A stretch of 64,000 nt of DNA, taken from positions 1,364,001 to 1,428,000 of the forward strand of contig JAYWIR010000014.1 of NCBI GenBank assembly GCA_036172245.1. Direction: 5' to 3'. Under the pieces are notes generated by a model. That model made no database searches. It was not told the origin of the DNA and saw only the letters and a program-made list of their open reading frames with translations. The position numbers and the translations under genes are program-made. The DNA is from Raillietiella orientalis. Its lineage: Eukaryota. Every line of letters starts with the position of its first letter. Positions within the stretch are counted from its first letter, which is position 1. Positions 26,598-38,654 of this stretch are shown here, piece after piece.

Positions 26598-27649
26598 GGT
26601 CCTGGAGAAAGTAGTGCCCAAGGGGATGAATCCGTGAGTCCTTCATGTGCTGATTGCTCGCTCTTCCAGGAATGACCTTTCCTTTGAATCCATGTGGCAG
26701 AAAACGAGCTCCCTTCACACGGTTCCTCGCCGCTTTTCGGGAAGCCTGCACCTCAAACTCACAAACTTCAATCCCTTCGCATTCTGCCTCTTCCATGTAG
26801 CCCGATGCTGCCCGTGATCTCACTGCTTCCGCCGAGACCAACGCGCGTGCTTCACTGCCTCCGCGACCTGGCGCAGGACGCGTTCCCCGCTCCTTGAAAT
26901 CCGTCACTGGGATGCTCGCTTCAACAGGCTCAAAAATAGATACGTTCGCCCCACGTTTCGGCTTCTGCACGTTCTCAGCTGCTTTCACGAATTACAAACA
27001 AATTGGCTTGCAGTTTCCATCGCTACCTCATGCCCTCTCCTGTCCCCTCCTGTGACCGTTCGCCGTTTCTCCTCTTGCTTTCGCCCTGGAAATAGGTGGA
27101 ATTATGACTTCTTCCGGTCGAATTCGCGTTCACGGACGCGGCGCCTCATCTCTGGTTTGTCTTTTCTTGCTACAGAGGCTACTTTGAAGGAAGCTGCCAG
27201 GGGGACCTCCGTCTTCGATTTTTCTCGATCTGGCATCCCGGTGCGGAGGACAGAAAAGGAAATGACGCGGCAGAGATTGCTGCATCCATGAGGCACTAGG
27301 CAAACAAACAGTAGGTACAGCGCACCTTTCACCAAGCGACTACTTCGACCACTTCCCACACGGCAGCGCTTGCAAATTTTCCTTATCTCTACGCAAGGAC
27401 AAGCAGAGTTGAGGAGCTTCCAACATCGGACTGCATGCAGCTCGAGGACAGAAATGGATTACAGAGACTGCATCGATTTTGATCTGTAGCATCATAACTG
27501 TCACCAAAAGTGTCCGTTTATCCCGCCGCAAGAAAGAAAAACGTAACGAAAACGTGCAAGAAGAATGCATTCCTTTTTGTTGTTGCCGTAGTGTTTTCTT
27601 TCCCTGACACGATCTGTCCTGGAATTGGATTCCCTCGCAGATTCCCTCG

Positions 27650-28750
27650 CAGCAGAACACGTCCCAAAGAGGACAAATGCTGCGCAGGAGTCCGCCTTGC
27701 TGGATGTTACAGAAAGGAAAGGCAATTAGCGATGAATCTGCTCCGAAAATTATCCTCGAATCTTTTTCCATCATTTTGCGAAAACATGCGATGACCTGCC
27801 AGGCACGCGAAATCCTAATTCATCCGCAACAAAGAACAGGAGAAGAATGCATCCTCCCTCTCGGCAGAGCTATTGGATAACAAATGTGCGCAACAGTTTG
27901 TATGGGATGAAGGATTCATTGTGTACACTCGTCTCTTGTATCACTCAGGATGTGTGGTCTAATCAAACATTGTGTGAAGTGGGTTTCCACGAGCGATACG
28001 GATTTTTACATTCCGTTTAAAAAGATTGCTGCATTTACTATCGAGATTTCTAGTGAAGTGTGGACCAAAGATTGTAAACGACCCAATGTGAAATGATGCA
28101 AGAATTAATGATGCTGTCACATGTGGAAGGTTCTCCTTTTTGATTAGACCGAGTAAAAAAGGAGATTATCACGCAAATGAAAGATACACGTTGCGTTATG
28201 TCGTCTCCATTGAGCTTGAAGCCACAAAATCTTTGTACCCATTAAGAAGGCATGGAGTAAACCTTCGGTTTCCGCTGCCAAATTAAAGGGTCAATTAAAG
28301 GTCTTCAGTGCCATGGCAACAGATTTTGTGTGCACTGGAAGACGAGTATTTCGTAGAGCCTTGTTTGAGGTCCATTCCACTCATGCTCTACTTGAGAAAT
28401 CCTTCATTCTTCATTCATCTCACTCAACAGCCGATACGAATTCCCTAACAGTTGCAGCATCGGTCGTCCCTCCCTTGTTCCAGGGTATATAATAGATGAA
28501 GAATATTGGAAACTCTCACGTGAAGTTCACAAAATGGTCCTTTCTCAAGCGAATCACACTCACACAAAGTCCTGTTTCGCGGGTGCCTTTCGTCGGCATG
28601 CTGTGCGCGCCGGAAGCATGCTTTACCACTCTTCACGGGCATTCGTTCGTTTGCAGTGTTATTAAATGCCCACCAACACTCATCAACAGTCAGCATTTTA
28701 GTGAACTGTAAAGAGTGCCGTGGAAACGGCACACTGAGACTCCTATGGGA
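27650..28750 (+). mobile_element. Decayed hAT-superfamily transposase
   Basis: HPPSRQ/ELLDNK (cf. YKPPSR..L..ELLD); ITQDVWSNQ (first catalytic D, cf. ITTDGWSN); KCGPKIVN...NDARI (cf. EVGP.NV.Q.VTDNAAN); CVMSSPLSLKPQNLC (cf. CxxH.LNL..QD). Confidence 0.6.
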
Positions 28751-29601
28751 AAGCAAACACGTTGCCTGTTCTACACCATTCTGGTATGCAATTCTTCTTT
28801 TAGGATTAATGGCTTAATCTTGAAAGGAGTTAATGTATAGTTTTTTTTTTTTTTTTTTTTAAAGATTGATACGCGAAGATTAATAGGTTCATCCTAGCGG
28901 ATATTGGATTCATAGGAAACCCATTTCCTTAGAAGAAATTAATGATATTCCTGTTTGGTTACGCAGAGGTTTGGAAAAGATCGACGTGTCTGCGTGTTCC
29001 GCTAATGTATAAATTTACCCTTTTATGATTTTTTGCGAGCAGCTTCCATCCATTCCATTATAGCTGAAAAGTGAAATCATGTTGTAGTGCACGACATTGA
29101 CCACTGAAGCACTCTTTCGTTCAACAGACCTAAATTTCGCAGGGAGATTCAGTTCTTTCCCTGGGAACATGCTGCATTTCATCAACCGTGTTATCTCTCT
29201 AGGATGAGAGATACATGTTGGAAATTCTTGCTGATTTCGCGTTGGATGTGTTTTTTTTTCTTCTCTTTTTCTCCTAGCTTTGCTTTACATCTCTCCAGGA
29301 AGAGACAAGCGTTCGGAAAAGCAAGTCCAAGCTGCTTCGTGTGTTTGACAGCAGATTAGGCAAATGCAAGAGGAATTGCACCCTCAATGGCCCGTGAAAG
29401 CATTCTGCTCGCCTTAGTTTGGTGTGATTTCAAGAACCAAAGCACTTTCAAGAACGGTGCAGTACATGCTCCCATCGGGGAGATCCAGGTGGTCCTAGAT
29501 CTCTCGCAAGCTCCCTATTTTGTCGAAATTTCGCGTCAACCGTGTCCTGTTGCGTTCAAATCTTCCTTTAGAGGACCTCGCATCATTTAAAATTCTCCTT
29601 C

Positions 29602-29880
29602 TCACGATTCTTTGTTTCGAATGAACTCTTGCTTGTGCCACATCAATGGGCAGGCCACTTTAGGAATGCAGCTGTTTGGTTCTTGCAGAAAGCTGTCACT
29701 TCTTCCGAGAATGTAGCTGTTGCTCTCAGCTGATAAACCAAAAATCTCAATGGAATAAACGTTTGCTCTTTGCATAACCACTTTCACTACCTCTTGTAGC
29801 AATTCTCTTCCCTTGTTACCGCATTCGATGCTGTTTTCAAGTGCAATCGAACGCCGCACCCCCTCTCAGACCCGGAGTTT
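29602..29880 (-). pseudogene. Possible FERM N-lobe relic (Expanded/FRMD6/PTPN13- or JAK-type)
   Basis: KGRELLQEVV...IEIFGLSAESNSY...PNS.IPKVACPLMW resembles FERM F1 (K/RGxEL, FGL, K..P..W). No downstream FERM motifs recognised. Confidence 0.3.
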
Positions 29881-29949
29881 CATGCCGAGTGCAGGTCTGA
29901 CATAGCAGTGAAACAGAATTCATGGGCTTCATGGTCGAGTACCCTAAAT

Positions 29950-30450
29950 TAGTTTGTTTAAATGTTGTTCCGATCTTGAGACCTTCTGTGGGAGTCAATG
30001 GCTTGCTTTATGAACGGTTCCTGCCTGTGCTGTCCTTTCGAAATCCGAATGGGTCTTCATTTCAAGTTTAGGACTCATTCCCAACTCTGAGATAACTCCT
30101 CCGTGCTTTTTACGGCTTGGAGCCTGATTGAGAACCTCGCCAGTTATTCCTCATCTCAGCATACACACCAAATGCGACCTGCTCCGAGGGACGACGATTC
30201 CTCGTGTTGACATTTTCTCATCGCTCTCAAGTGTGCTCAGAATTCAGATCAAGCTGAAACAAAAAGCCATGCAAACAAACTGCTTTCTCAGCGATTCCGC
30301 CGTTCTGTCACTCCTGTTTCTGTGTGTTTTGAATAATTTTCGGGGTGGCCTCCGCAATCGTCGTGAGGATTTTCTCACACAGGGAAGCAGACCTCAAGAA
30401 GGCTGTATCGAGGAAGCTTCACTTTCGGTATCTCCATGTTCCCTTCTTTT
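29950..30450 (+). mobile_element. LINE AP-endonuclease relic (RTE-like)
   Basis: LFLISAYTPN (cf. LTIISAYAPT); DIFSSLSSVL (cf. D.FY..L.SVL); FLSDSA (cf. LLGDFNA); NFRGGLRNRREDFL (cf. GKFGLGERNERGERL). Confidence 0.55.
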
Positions 30451-31349
30451 CTTGTCCACAACTACACAACCTTCTTTGATCCTAGGAGTGGGTTCCTTGC
30501 TTACAGATGTTTCTGATGCAGATGCATGCGTGCGTAGGATAGCTGATGCGGATTCAGCCCGGTACTTTGTGAAACATCACAAGCCTGGTCGCCTAGTGCA
30601 CGTTTGAGCTTTCATTTGTTACTAGGATGCCTCCACGGTCGATCATGACTGTCAAATCTTCACAGTCGTGATCAACATGTACAGAGAGATCAGAATTTTA
30701 CAGAGTCCAAGTACAGCGAGAAGACTTGTTCACTTGTAGTGCTTATTCGCAATCCGTTTCCCTACTCAGACGTACACATTTCAGTTTCGAGGAACAGTAG
30801 CAAGGTATTAAGATCGTGAAATCGATCTCGACATGAGCATGCTGTGAAAAGGTGTAGCGATCATTCCCTTTCCTCTGCAGATAGCATTAGCTGCAAGCAT
30901 GTTGAGGTTCTGCGTCTTGAAACGCTCGCATGCAGGAACGATGCTTTCCTCACGAACGGTCTCGAATGACCACTGAGTGATAAACACAGACTGCAAGCAA
31001 AAACTCTCGTGTGAGCAAGCAGATTCTTCGTCCTCAAAAAAAGCCTTGCAGTTTTCTCCATTCTGCCTTTCATCTCCGCACGTGTTGCTAGCTGGCCCCT
31101 CTACACACAGCCCGCTATATACGTTCCACCAACATCCACACCACAGCAGCTCTCTCCTACTGCTGAAGTTCCTCGTTCACCTTTTGCACTGTCTTTGGAC
31201 TTTGGCACAATGCGGAACTCGCAAATCGAACAGCGTGAATCACATTAACCGTGGTAGAGCAGCAGAATAAATTCAACTGCCCTTTCGTCAATTTGCTTTC
31301 CTTTTCTGCCTAGAATTTGTTTAGAATCGGCAAACCTTCTGCAAAAAAA

Positions 31350-32050
31350 AAAAAGCCATTGGTCATTCACCTCACAAACTAAGCATAATGAGCATCATCG
31401 CGAGACTGGAAAACAACAGACTTTTCTAGTAGAACGGACACGTCCTTCTTCCGATAACCAGGACCTCAGAGTTCATGAACGGACGGATATTAGCAGCGCT
31501 GTTTGTACTGTCTCTTGAATTTAATGGTGAATCCTTGCCAAAGCACAAGTAGTCGATGTTGACGAGCAGGAAAAACAGAGCGAACGCAACCAGCTGTGCA
31601 CATTCGGGGTCTTGGTATCCACTGAGGGGATGTCACACCCACTGAGATTTGGCATGCATGTTCCTCCGGCAAAATGCTGTTTCCCGACCAACTTTTAATT
31701 TTCTTTATTGCAGCATAAGTGCTTTGCTTTGTTTCCGGAGTTTGAGATGGAACCAACAATTATTTCTTTGAATCAAAGCCATAATGCGGAACACGCATGC
31801 AGCTTCCAGGATTGGGATGAGTTCTTTTATTACAGGTAACCACGTTTTGTGAGGGACAGTAAAAAAGCACGAAATGTCACAGTTCATGCCTTTATGACGC
31901 GGAAAAGTGTTCCACCCTTCCAGAATATCCCGGCAATGCCAAGAAATGATCGCTATTATTCCGCCATTTTGAATAACTTTGCAGGCTGCCCCAAAAGCAA
32001 CGCACACGGGATTTCTCGAGCTGTCAGAATCTAAAAGATTTACTGAAAGA
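31350..32050 (-). mobile_element. Decayed LINE RT fragment
   Basis: CDISCFFTVPHK (cf. DISKAFDTVPH); ISVGV/HPLS (GV.QG.PLS position); frameshifted SL-A-DD-LI at ~31405-31388 (YADD/FADD position). Confidence 0.55.
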
Positions 32051-32399
32051 GAATGAAGCTTCCCTCAGCGAAGCTTCTTCACTCTATAACAAATCTGAGA
32101 AGTCTATGGGATTCCCTGCGCCAACCACCGATCCTTTTTAATCGATTTTTTTTTTTTTTTTTTTCGAGTGTCTCGGCGTATTTTCTACGCCACAATTTCG
32201 TGAACGCACCCGTCGCAGCCGTGTGTCCTTTATTACCTCTGAGAAAACCTCCGAGTTTTGTCGGTGCACCGCCTAATGGTGTGAAAGACACCTTTGAGGA
32301 GGCAGCGAAGCGCAAGACGAGAACTGAAAGTCCAATTACAAACCATGATGAAAGCAGCCATCTGATTGCATGTGGTTTAAGGATGCCTGCCTCCTAAGA

Positions 32400-33620
32400 A
32401 AGCAGTTTTCTACCAGCTTCTAAATGAGACCAGCTTGACTCTTGTCTGATCCAAATAGTCGTTCAAAAGAGCTTCTGCAGAAGTGGTAGAAAGCATCTGG
32501 GAGGCAAGGAGGAAGCACAACAAATGCGTGCGAGAAGTGCGAGCATTACGCATAATTACGGACTAAGATTATCCAAAGTGAAAGAAGAATGATTTTCTGA
32601 ATGTCGCCCCTACGAAAACTCCTCGATGGCTCTCGAAAAGGCTACACAGCTTAAGGAGAGCAGACGTCGAGGATTGCTTCTTCCATTTTGGGTCAAAGGT
32701 TAGGTAGGAGCGACTACCGTCAGATTCTTAGGACCATCGGATCGGGAAAACAACGAGATGAAAGAACCGAAGATTCTGAGTGAGAGGTCATTTCAAAGAA
32801 ATTGCCCTCTTTAGCAGCCAACACTCTTGTTTGCAAGTTGCTAGGAGACAGCATCTTGAGAAGTACATGTGGCAGGCAGGTTCGCCTTCTGGTGAGAAGA
32901 TGAATTTTAATCAAAAATATCGGAAAAGATGGAGTCAGCTGATACAGTCAGCAACCTTTACTTTTGAAATGATCAAGAGCGAGCAATCAGAGCTGGACTC
33001 GGAGTTTCCATTAGTGCCGTTGAGATTTAGGAAAGCTTCCACATTATAATAATGATGGTCGCCACAGCTTTCCAGACGCTGGCGGCGCCGGTTGTTTCAA
33101 GAGGATGGAGATTCCCAGTGATCTACGTGATTATGACTTAGCGAGGTTCCAACTCAAGGCATCCATCTTGCAAGTTCTCTGTATGGAGTCAGCTACAAGG
33201 CGAAACGGATTTAATCAGCAATCAGAAACGAATGTGTGACCTGCGCTCCGGTTCCTGCATTCCTCTGTCACCGAGGTGAAACTCGAACAGTGAAGTGTGC
33301 TGACCACTTCTTGCTCGTTGTGGATAGAAACTTAGCTCTCTTCGCTTCCATCTTTCAGGATCTAACATGATCGACCTTGAATTATTGCCCAAACTACGCG
33401 AATTTCCACTTTGGGTGTCGGTGGTCAAAGTGTACTCACGAGTTGCCATTATCCACCCTACCAAACGAAGGAAGAACACAGATTGATTGTGCAGATGGCA
33501 CTAGAACATTTATCTCTACAAAAACACTGATGACTTCAGACCTTGAAATGCAAGTCGGTAGAATACTGGAGATTCCGATTCGTGGGTCTTTTATAAGTTC
33601 CCATTCTCTCAGGACCAAAG
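32400..33620 (-). pseudogene. Ddr: Decayed intronless discoidin-domain-receptor-like tyrosine kinase domain
   Basis: EWEL..PRI (~33605); KMEAK; PYREL; ILL....ASGK (cf. QIASGM); KVKVAD (32964-32947); VFPIRWS*ES (~32750-32722, cf. DDR VLPIRWMSWES); DVCS..AV (cf. arthropod Ddr DVWSFAV); ENHS....DNLS; LPPRC; WIRQES (cf. CW.R.ES.RP). Confidence 0.7.
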
Positions 33621-33859
33621 CACATCAGGTCACATGAAAGAATGAGTGCTGATGAACCTTGGACTCATGAGCGTCGCATCCAAAAAATCGCTTGTGCTAA
33701 AATGTGCCTTCTCTTTTCTAGCTGAGATGTTTTCATCATTCTGAGTTTCGCTTCTAAACTGAGAGTGGGTGCAAGAATTTCTACGTCTGAGAAGAGACAT
33801 GCCAGTAGCTCGTGGAATAGTATCCAGGTCAACCAAAATGTGCTGAAAAATTAAACATC

Positions 33860-34530
33860 TCATCACCATGAGATTCTTTAATTAAATCACGAAGTGATGA
33901 TGCAAGTGCAGTTTGTTTGTAGCCATGAAGGTTGCCTTGAAATGCTGAGCTGCAGTGAGATTTCCATTATTTCCATTTGAGTAACTGTCTGTTCGGTCTC
34001 CCTCTCAAATTTCTCCATCATTTTCACTGTACAACTCGAGAGTGTAGACCTTTCACAAAGAGCACAGTCTAATCTGTAGGAGTTTGAATTTTTCATCTTT
34101 TCTTTCTATTTTGCATCGATTTTAAAACGAGGTTTTAATTTTCAGCGCAAATGGCAGAAATAAATTTCATCAGGTGTTTCTGGTGTTGTCAAATTTTTTC
34201 GATGGGCTCTCTCCTTTGTAGAGCATCGCGACCTTGTTATGCAAGACCTCCGGAAACTGGGCGCTTCCTTACGAAGCATCTTTTGCTCCAGGTCCCCCCT
34301 CTTTGCTCCATTTCTATGAGTCTGTGTTGTAATTCCTGCATCTTGCTTCCTTCCTTCAGGGACAACTCGTGCTCCAACCTCTCTGCATCATTCGAACAAT
34401 GGAATTCCTTCTCTACTTCTGGCTTTTCATTTCCTGTCTTGGGCACTCATTCGGAGATTTTCTCCTCTAGCTGTGATTTTCTTAAATACCAATGAAACTC
34501 TTTGAGAAATTCTGATTCCTCTGAACGAAG
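33860..34530 (-). pseudogene. Decayed coiled-coil protein coding sequence, family unidentified
   Basis: E/K/L/Q-rich, helix-like translation across frameshifts: KSQLEEKISE*...AERLEHELSLKEGSKMQELQHRLIEMEQRG/DLEQKMLRKE...KIERKDEKFKLLQ. Confidence 0.35.
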
Positions 34531-34873
34531 AAAGACGCCTACGTAACACTTTTCAGCCAATAGCGTGACGCCAACATAGAGCCGGACATCCTCAACTTCC
34601 TCGCAGTGCATGACACCACCGTGTGATGTTCAGCTCTGAATATGCAGAAACCAATGGACTCTTCGATCGAATGGCCCGTGGAAGGCCAATTGGACACTAA
34701 AGGAGCGACGATCAGCTCCGAGACATCTGTGCACTCAAGATCAGTTGACACATCCTGAAGATGACCTACCGTCCATTTTTCGGTATTTTGTCATTTCGCA
34801 CAACTGGAAAGCTTGCTCAACTTCGACAATGATGGCAATCTCTAGAAGACCCCATTCCACCATCCTTTCCATT

Positions 34874-35022
34874 TTCCATCTTTTATAATTGCTGCCTGCC
34901 GGATGCTTTCGCAATGCCAAATTTATCTTGCTGACTGGCGCTTAGCGTTTCTCCCGGTCTGATTGCAAGACTATCCGGAGTTAAGAGAATCAGTGAGGAT
35001 GTTTTTTTCCTTTTCTAGTTGA
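34874..35022 (+). repeat. ~150-bp direct repeat, copy 1
   Basis: TGCCTGCCGGATGCTTTCGCAATGCCAAA.TTATCTTGCTGACTGGC.CTTAGCGTTTCTC...AGAATCAGTGAG.ATGTTTTTTTCCTTT.CTAGTTGA recurs at 35951-36111. Confidence 0.95.
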
Positions 35023-35950
35023 TGGCAAACTTTAAATTGCCGGAAATGCAGGTTAGCGACCTCCTAAAGTGGTCTCGGAAACAGATCTTTCATATTCAAG
35101 CTCGTGTTCTTCAATCCAACGATGCCTTAAACACAGAGGAGAGAGTTGAATGTTCTCTTCCTTTTCAGAGAAGAGATGGGGATTGTTCTTTTGCAGGACA
35201 GCATTGAAGAGAAGCCTCTTGGAATTCCGATAGCATTTAGGGAAAATGCATGCCCGAGGTGATCTCAGCAGCCTGGCCATCATCGCAATCGCTCAGCCTC
35301 GGCTGTGGTCAAATCCTCCGAGATCGTCCCAGAAACCTTGCAACGCGAGATGTTGCTAATCTCGCTGGACTTCGCGAACCAGATAGGATGAAGCGACGAC
35401 AACAGGAACAAAGTAGGAATGAGGAGCGCCCTTGCGAATTTCGCGAAACGCGCCGACACAACTCGCATCAACGATTCCCTCAGAAAGCCTCTTCCGTAGC
35501 TGGAGGAGAGTTGGTGAACTGATTGCAATGCACTGATTGCTTCGTGGTCAGGGAATCTGCAGCACGTCGCCGGCACACTGAACATTCCTTGATCGGGTTT
35601 GCTCTTTCCTCTTGGGAGGAGAAATAGAGCACCAAGTTCGGGACCGAAGAACAGAGCGAACATCCGGTAGCGAGATGGCTCAACTGCAAGCTGGCTGCGA
35701 TGTCAAAGGGATGATACGTTAAGGAGATGGATGGACGAATATGGCAAACTGGACTGATGGAAGGAGAACACAGCAGATCGGCGAGCAGAGCGTTGAAATC
35801 ATCGGACAGTAGGAATGAAGCTTTTGTTGCAGTGACCTATGCATCATTGGAGGCAGCTGAAACACCCGCGTGACGGAGATATAGGGAGGGATATAGGGAA
35901 GTCTTCCTATACGATGATTAAGAAGCTTCACACCAGACACCACCACCTTA

Positions 35951-36111
35951 TTCCATCTTTTCTAATGATTGCCTGCCGGATGCTTTCGCAATGCCAAAGT
36001 TATCTTGCTGACTGGCACTTAGCGTTTCTCTCGAGACTCTCCAGAGTCTTGCAATCAGACCGAGAGAAACGCTAAGAATCAGTGAGAATGTTTTTTTCCT
36101 TTCCTAGTTGA
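35951..36111 (+). repeat. ~160-bp direct repeat, copy 2, with an internal micro-inversion and a 16-bp perfect inverted repeat
   Basis: Flanks match copy 1. The central 36036-36062 is close to the reverse complement of 34955-34981. CTTAGCGTTTCTCTCG (36018-36033) and CGAGAGAAACGCTAAG (36061-36076) are exact reverse complements. Confidence 0.95.
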
Positions 36112-36619
36112 AAGTAGACCGAATCGAGAGCCTTGCCTGTGAGCCTCCCTCTGGATGCCTTGACAGTTCTAGTTCCCTCGAAAAAGGAAGTTGGGCAATG
36201 GGAATTTTCTAAACGCAAAACGAAGCAACGGAAAGAACTCTTGTCACCCTGTCCAATTTTTATGGAAATTCTTTGAAGATACAAGCAAGGAATTTGCCAT
36301 GGGATGCTAAATTGGAACGTTGATTCGGGTTGTTGCGCGCATGACGGTGCACGCTATGCGAGGCATATCTACTGATCCAGTGCGAATTAGGTGATCAGTT
36401 TGATTTTCAAGTGCAGCAGAACTGATCATGTCTCGCCGAGTCTACGAGATCCTCAAAAGGAGCGCTAGAGGACTCCGAAGGGTTTGCTTTCATCTCATTT
36501 TCATCTCAGGGCATCTCAGGTCCTAAAAGTGAATGCATTCTGGTTCGTCCAGCTCCCCAGTGTGCTAGCTGCAGAGTCCATTTCTCGTCAATGCAATGCC
36601 GAGAGTAACTGACAAGAAA

Positions 36620-37430
36620 CAAGATGGTTTTACAAAGCATCCTTGTACGCCTTATTTTTGTGGTGAAGCACTCGAAAACCAGGGCGCTGGAGAAAAGACC
36701 GATCTTCCATTCCTACTTCAAAAGAAAAAATCCTGGACATTTCTCAGTAGCATCCCTTCAGAAAAATCAATTCTTTCGCATTTCTTGGATGGCCCTCGTC
36801 ATGTGTGGGATGCAACTCTCTAAGTTATTCAGCGCAACAGCAACATCTTTCTCTTCTCCATCGACTGAACCAACAAAAAGAGAGGGTTTCCCCCTGCAAG
36901 GGTCGTCTTGGTAATGCGGAAACTAAGATGCAAGACAAGAAGCCGATCATGGAAAATGGTAGTTCAGTCAACCAGGAGAAAGAAAGCTGAAGAATTACGG
37001 GAGAGGAGATATTTTATATACATTTCTGTTGCACGCCTTTGAGCTAGGTATCATCTAGTGCTCCTTGGGCAATACAATCCAGAATGAAGTTTGCTTTTCT
37101 CAGAAGACCCGGGATCGTGGATACTCATTAAATCCTTCAAGAAATCTTGGAGGTTTCCTTCTCCAGGACCAATAGAGTTTTTGGACTGTCTTCCTGACGT
37201 TACTGGCGAAAATCCCTGATACAAAGCAGAGTCTTCTCGCATCTCTGGAAGGCGTTTTCTCCATCAAGAACTTTCGAAAAGCTCCCCTTGCCAACTTGGG
37301 AAAGAGATCTTTTTCTGAAGTGTCCAATGATTGCACTGAGATTTCTCGTTTCTCTGCACCGGAGAGTTTATGCAGCCAGCTACTTCAAACTACCCAGCGC
37401 TCTCTGGTGACATCTTTGAAATGAGAATTC
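36620..37430 (-). pseudogene. Decayed intronless receptor tyrosine kinase domain (ALK/ROS/insulin-receptor-like)
   Basis: TLQKK; RKFLME (cf. ALK DFLMEA); PKTLLVLE/EGNLQDFLK (~37185-37134); IAQG/YLAQRR (~37075-37033); LSRN; FRITK at the DFG position; KMLLLR*IT.ES (~36850-36815, cf. MLP.RWM.PES, TGA at W); *FF*; VQDF...NGR. Confidence 0.7.
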
Positions 37431-37649
37431 ACAGGAGCGATCAGCTGCCCAGGCAAGTGAAGAGGTTCAAGGAGAAGCTGAGTCTGCCGTCAGAGGCAGA
37501 CTATCCCACGTCCATGAATGCCATTACAGACAGTCCCCCGTCCTCGTTCTTTCCTCCTCCTTTGATGGCTTCCTGAGATATCTTCTCAAGGAAAGGAACC
37601 CTGTGCAAAAAGGAGGGCGGTTTTCCCACTTTGGAAGGAAGGGAAGCGA

Positions 37650-37950
37650 TCCCATCGTCTAGCGGGACATGAAGTTTCCTATCGAGAGCATCGAGGTTCC
37701 CATTCCAAGATCGCAGTGAGGACCTATCAAGGTCTTGAGGCAATGATCCTGAAAAACGCTTCGAGAAACTGCAGGAAATGATTGGCACGCCGGTGCCCCA
37801 GCCTTCCCTGCTACGTGCCTATCGGTTCCTCGATTACCCATAGTTGATCTCTCTCCCGAGCAAGATGTTAGTCACATACAAACCAAGGACCGCTTTCAAA
37901 GTAGACCCGTTCTTTGGAAAATTTTCCACGAAGTTTTTTGAGGTTCCCGG
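37650..37950 (-). mobile_element. Possible RTE-clade LINE C-terminal fragment
   Basis: VLTAILEWEPRCSR*...PARRWD resembles WTK.VLEW.PR..KR.RGRP..RW.D. Confidence 0.35.
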
Positions 37951-38654
37951 AAGTCACCGAAGGCACACTCCTAAGAGTTCGCTTTGAGGAAAGGGACAAG
38001 CTGATAAGAACTGGGGCTTCAGGTTCATCTAGGACGACTGGAGGAGGGCGTCGGGGGTTCGATGGAACCCTCAGAAAGTAGGGAGCAAGAATTTCTTCAA
38101 ATTTCGTTCTCAAAAGTCGGTGAACCTCTTCCGCGTCTGCTCTTTTGAGAATAGGTACGAACAGTAGATCCTCGTGAGCCTTCGGTTTACTTCTCTACTA
38201 GAAAAGGATAAACTATGAATATTTGAGAAATTTACCCAAGCCGAAAAAAGGCAAAGGGACCCCCGCGTAGCGAGTTATTCGCTATCGATTGTAGGCTCTT
38301 TCTGATGCTTTTAAGCGCTCCATAAACGCCATCCAGCACTAGCTGATAGTGTAGACAACAATGCAGTGGACACGTGGTGCACCCAACACGCCAAACACGT
38401 TGTGTTTTTGTCGTCTAATCTGCATAGACTGAAGACAAACAAATTCAGTGCCACTGATAACGGAGCTGGTGGGATTTGTCAATTGGTTTTCTTTTATTGT
38501 TTCTGACGGTTGTTATGTGTCCAGCACGCTGCTAAAGACTGGTTTGTTGTGCAAGAGGTCTGACGTGTAATTTATTTAACTACATATGAGAATTTTAGTT
38601 TGATTAAAACGGATAAAAGCTGCGTTACCGCTCCATATAAGTGAGAAATGACGT

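Noticed and set aside
14070..29880. FERM segment plus downstream TK as exons of one JAK gene
   Set aside because: The TK has receptor-type (FGFR/RET-like) signatures, no pseudokinase or SH2 relic was seen, and unrelated relics intervene.
37850..37880. Yeast-like intron signals GTATGT...ACTAAC on the minus strand
   Set aside because: The two signals are nearly adjacent, removal yields no coherent ORF, and the context is animal-like.
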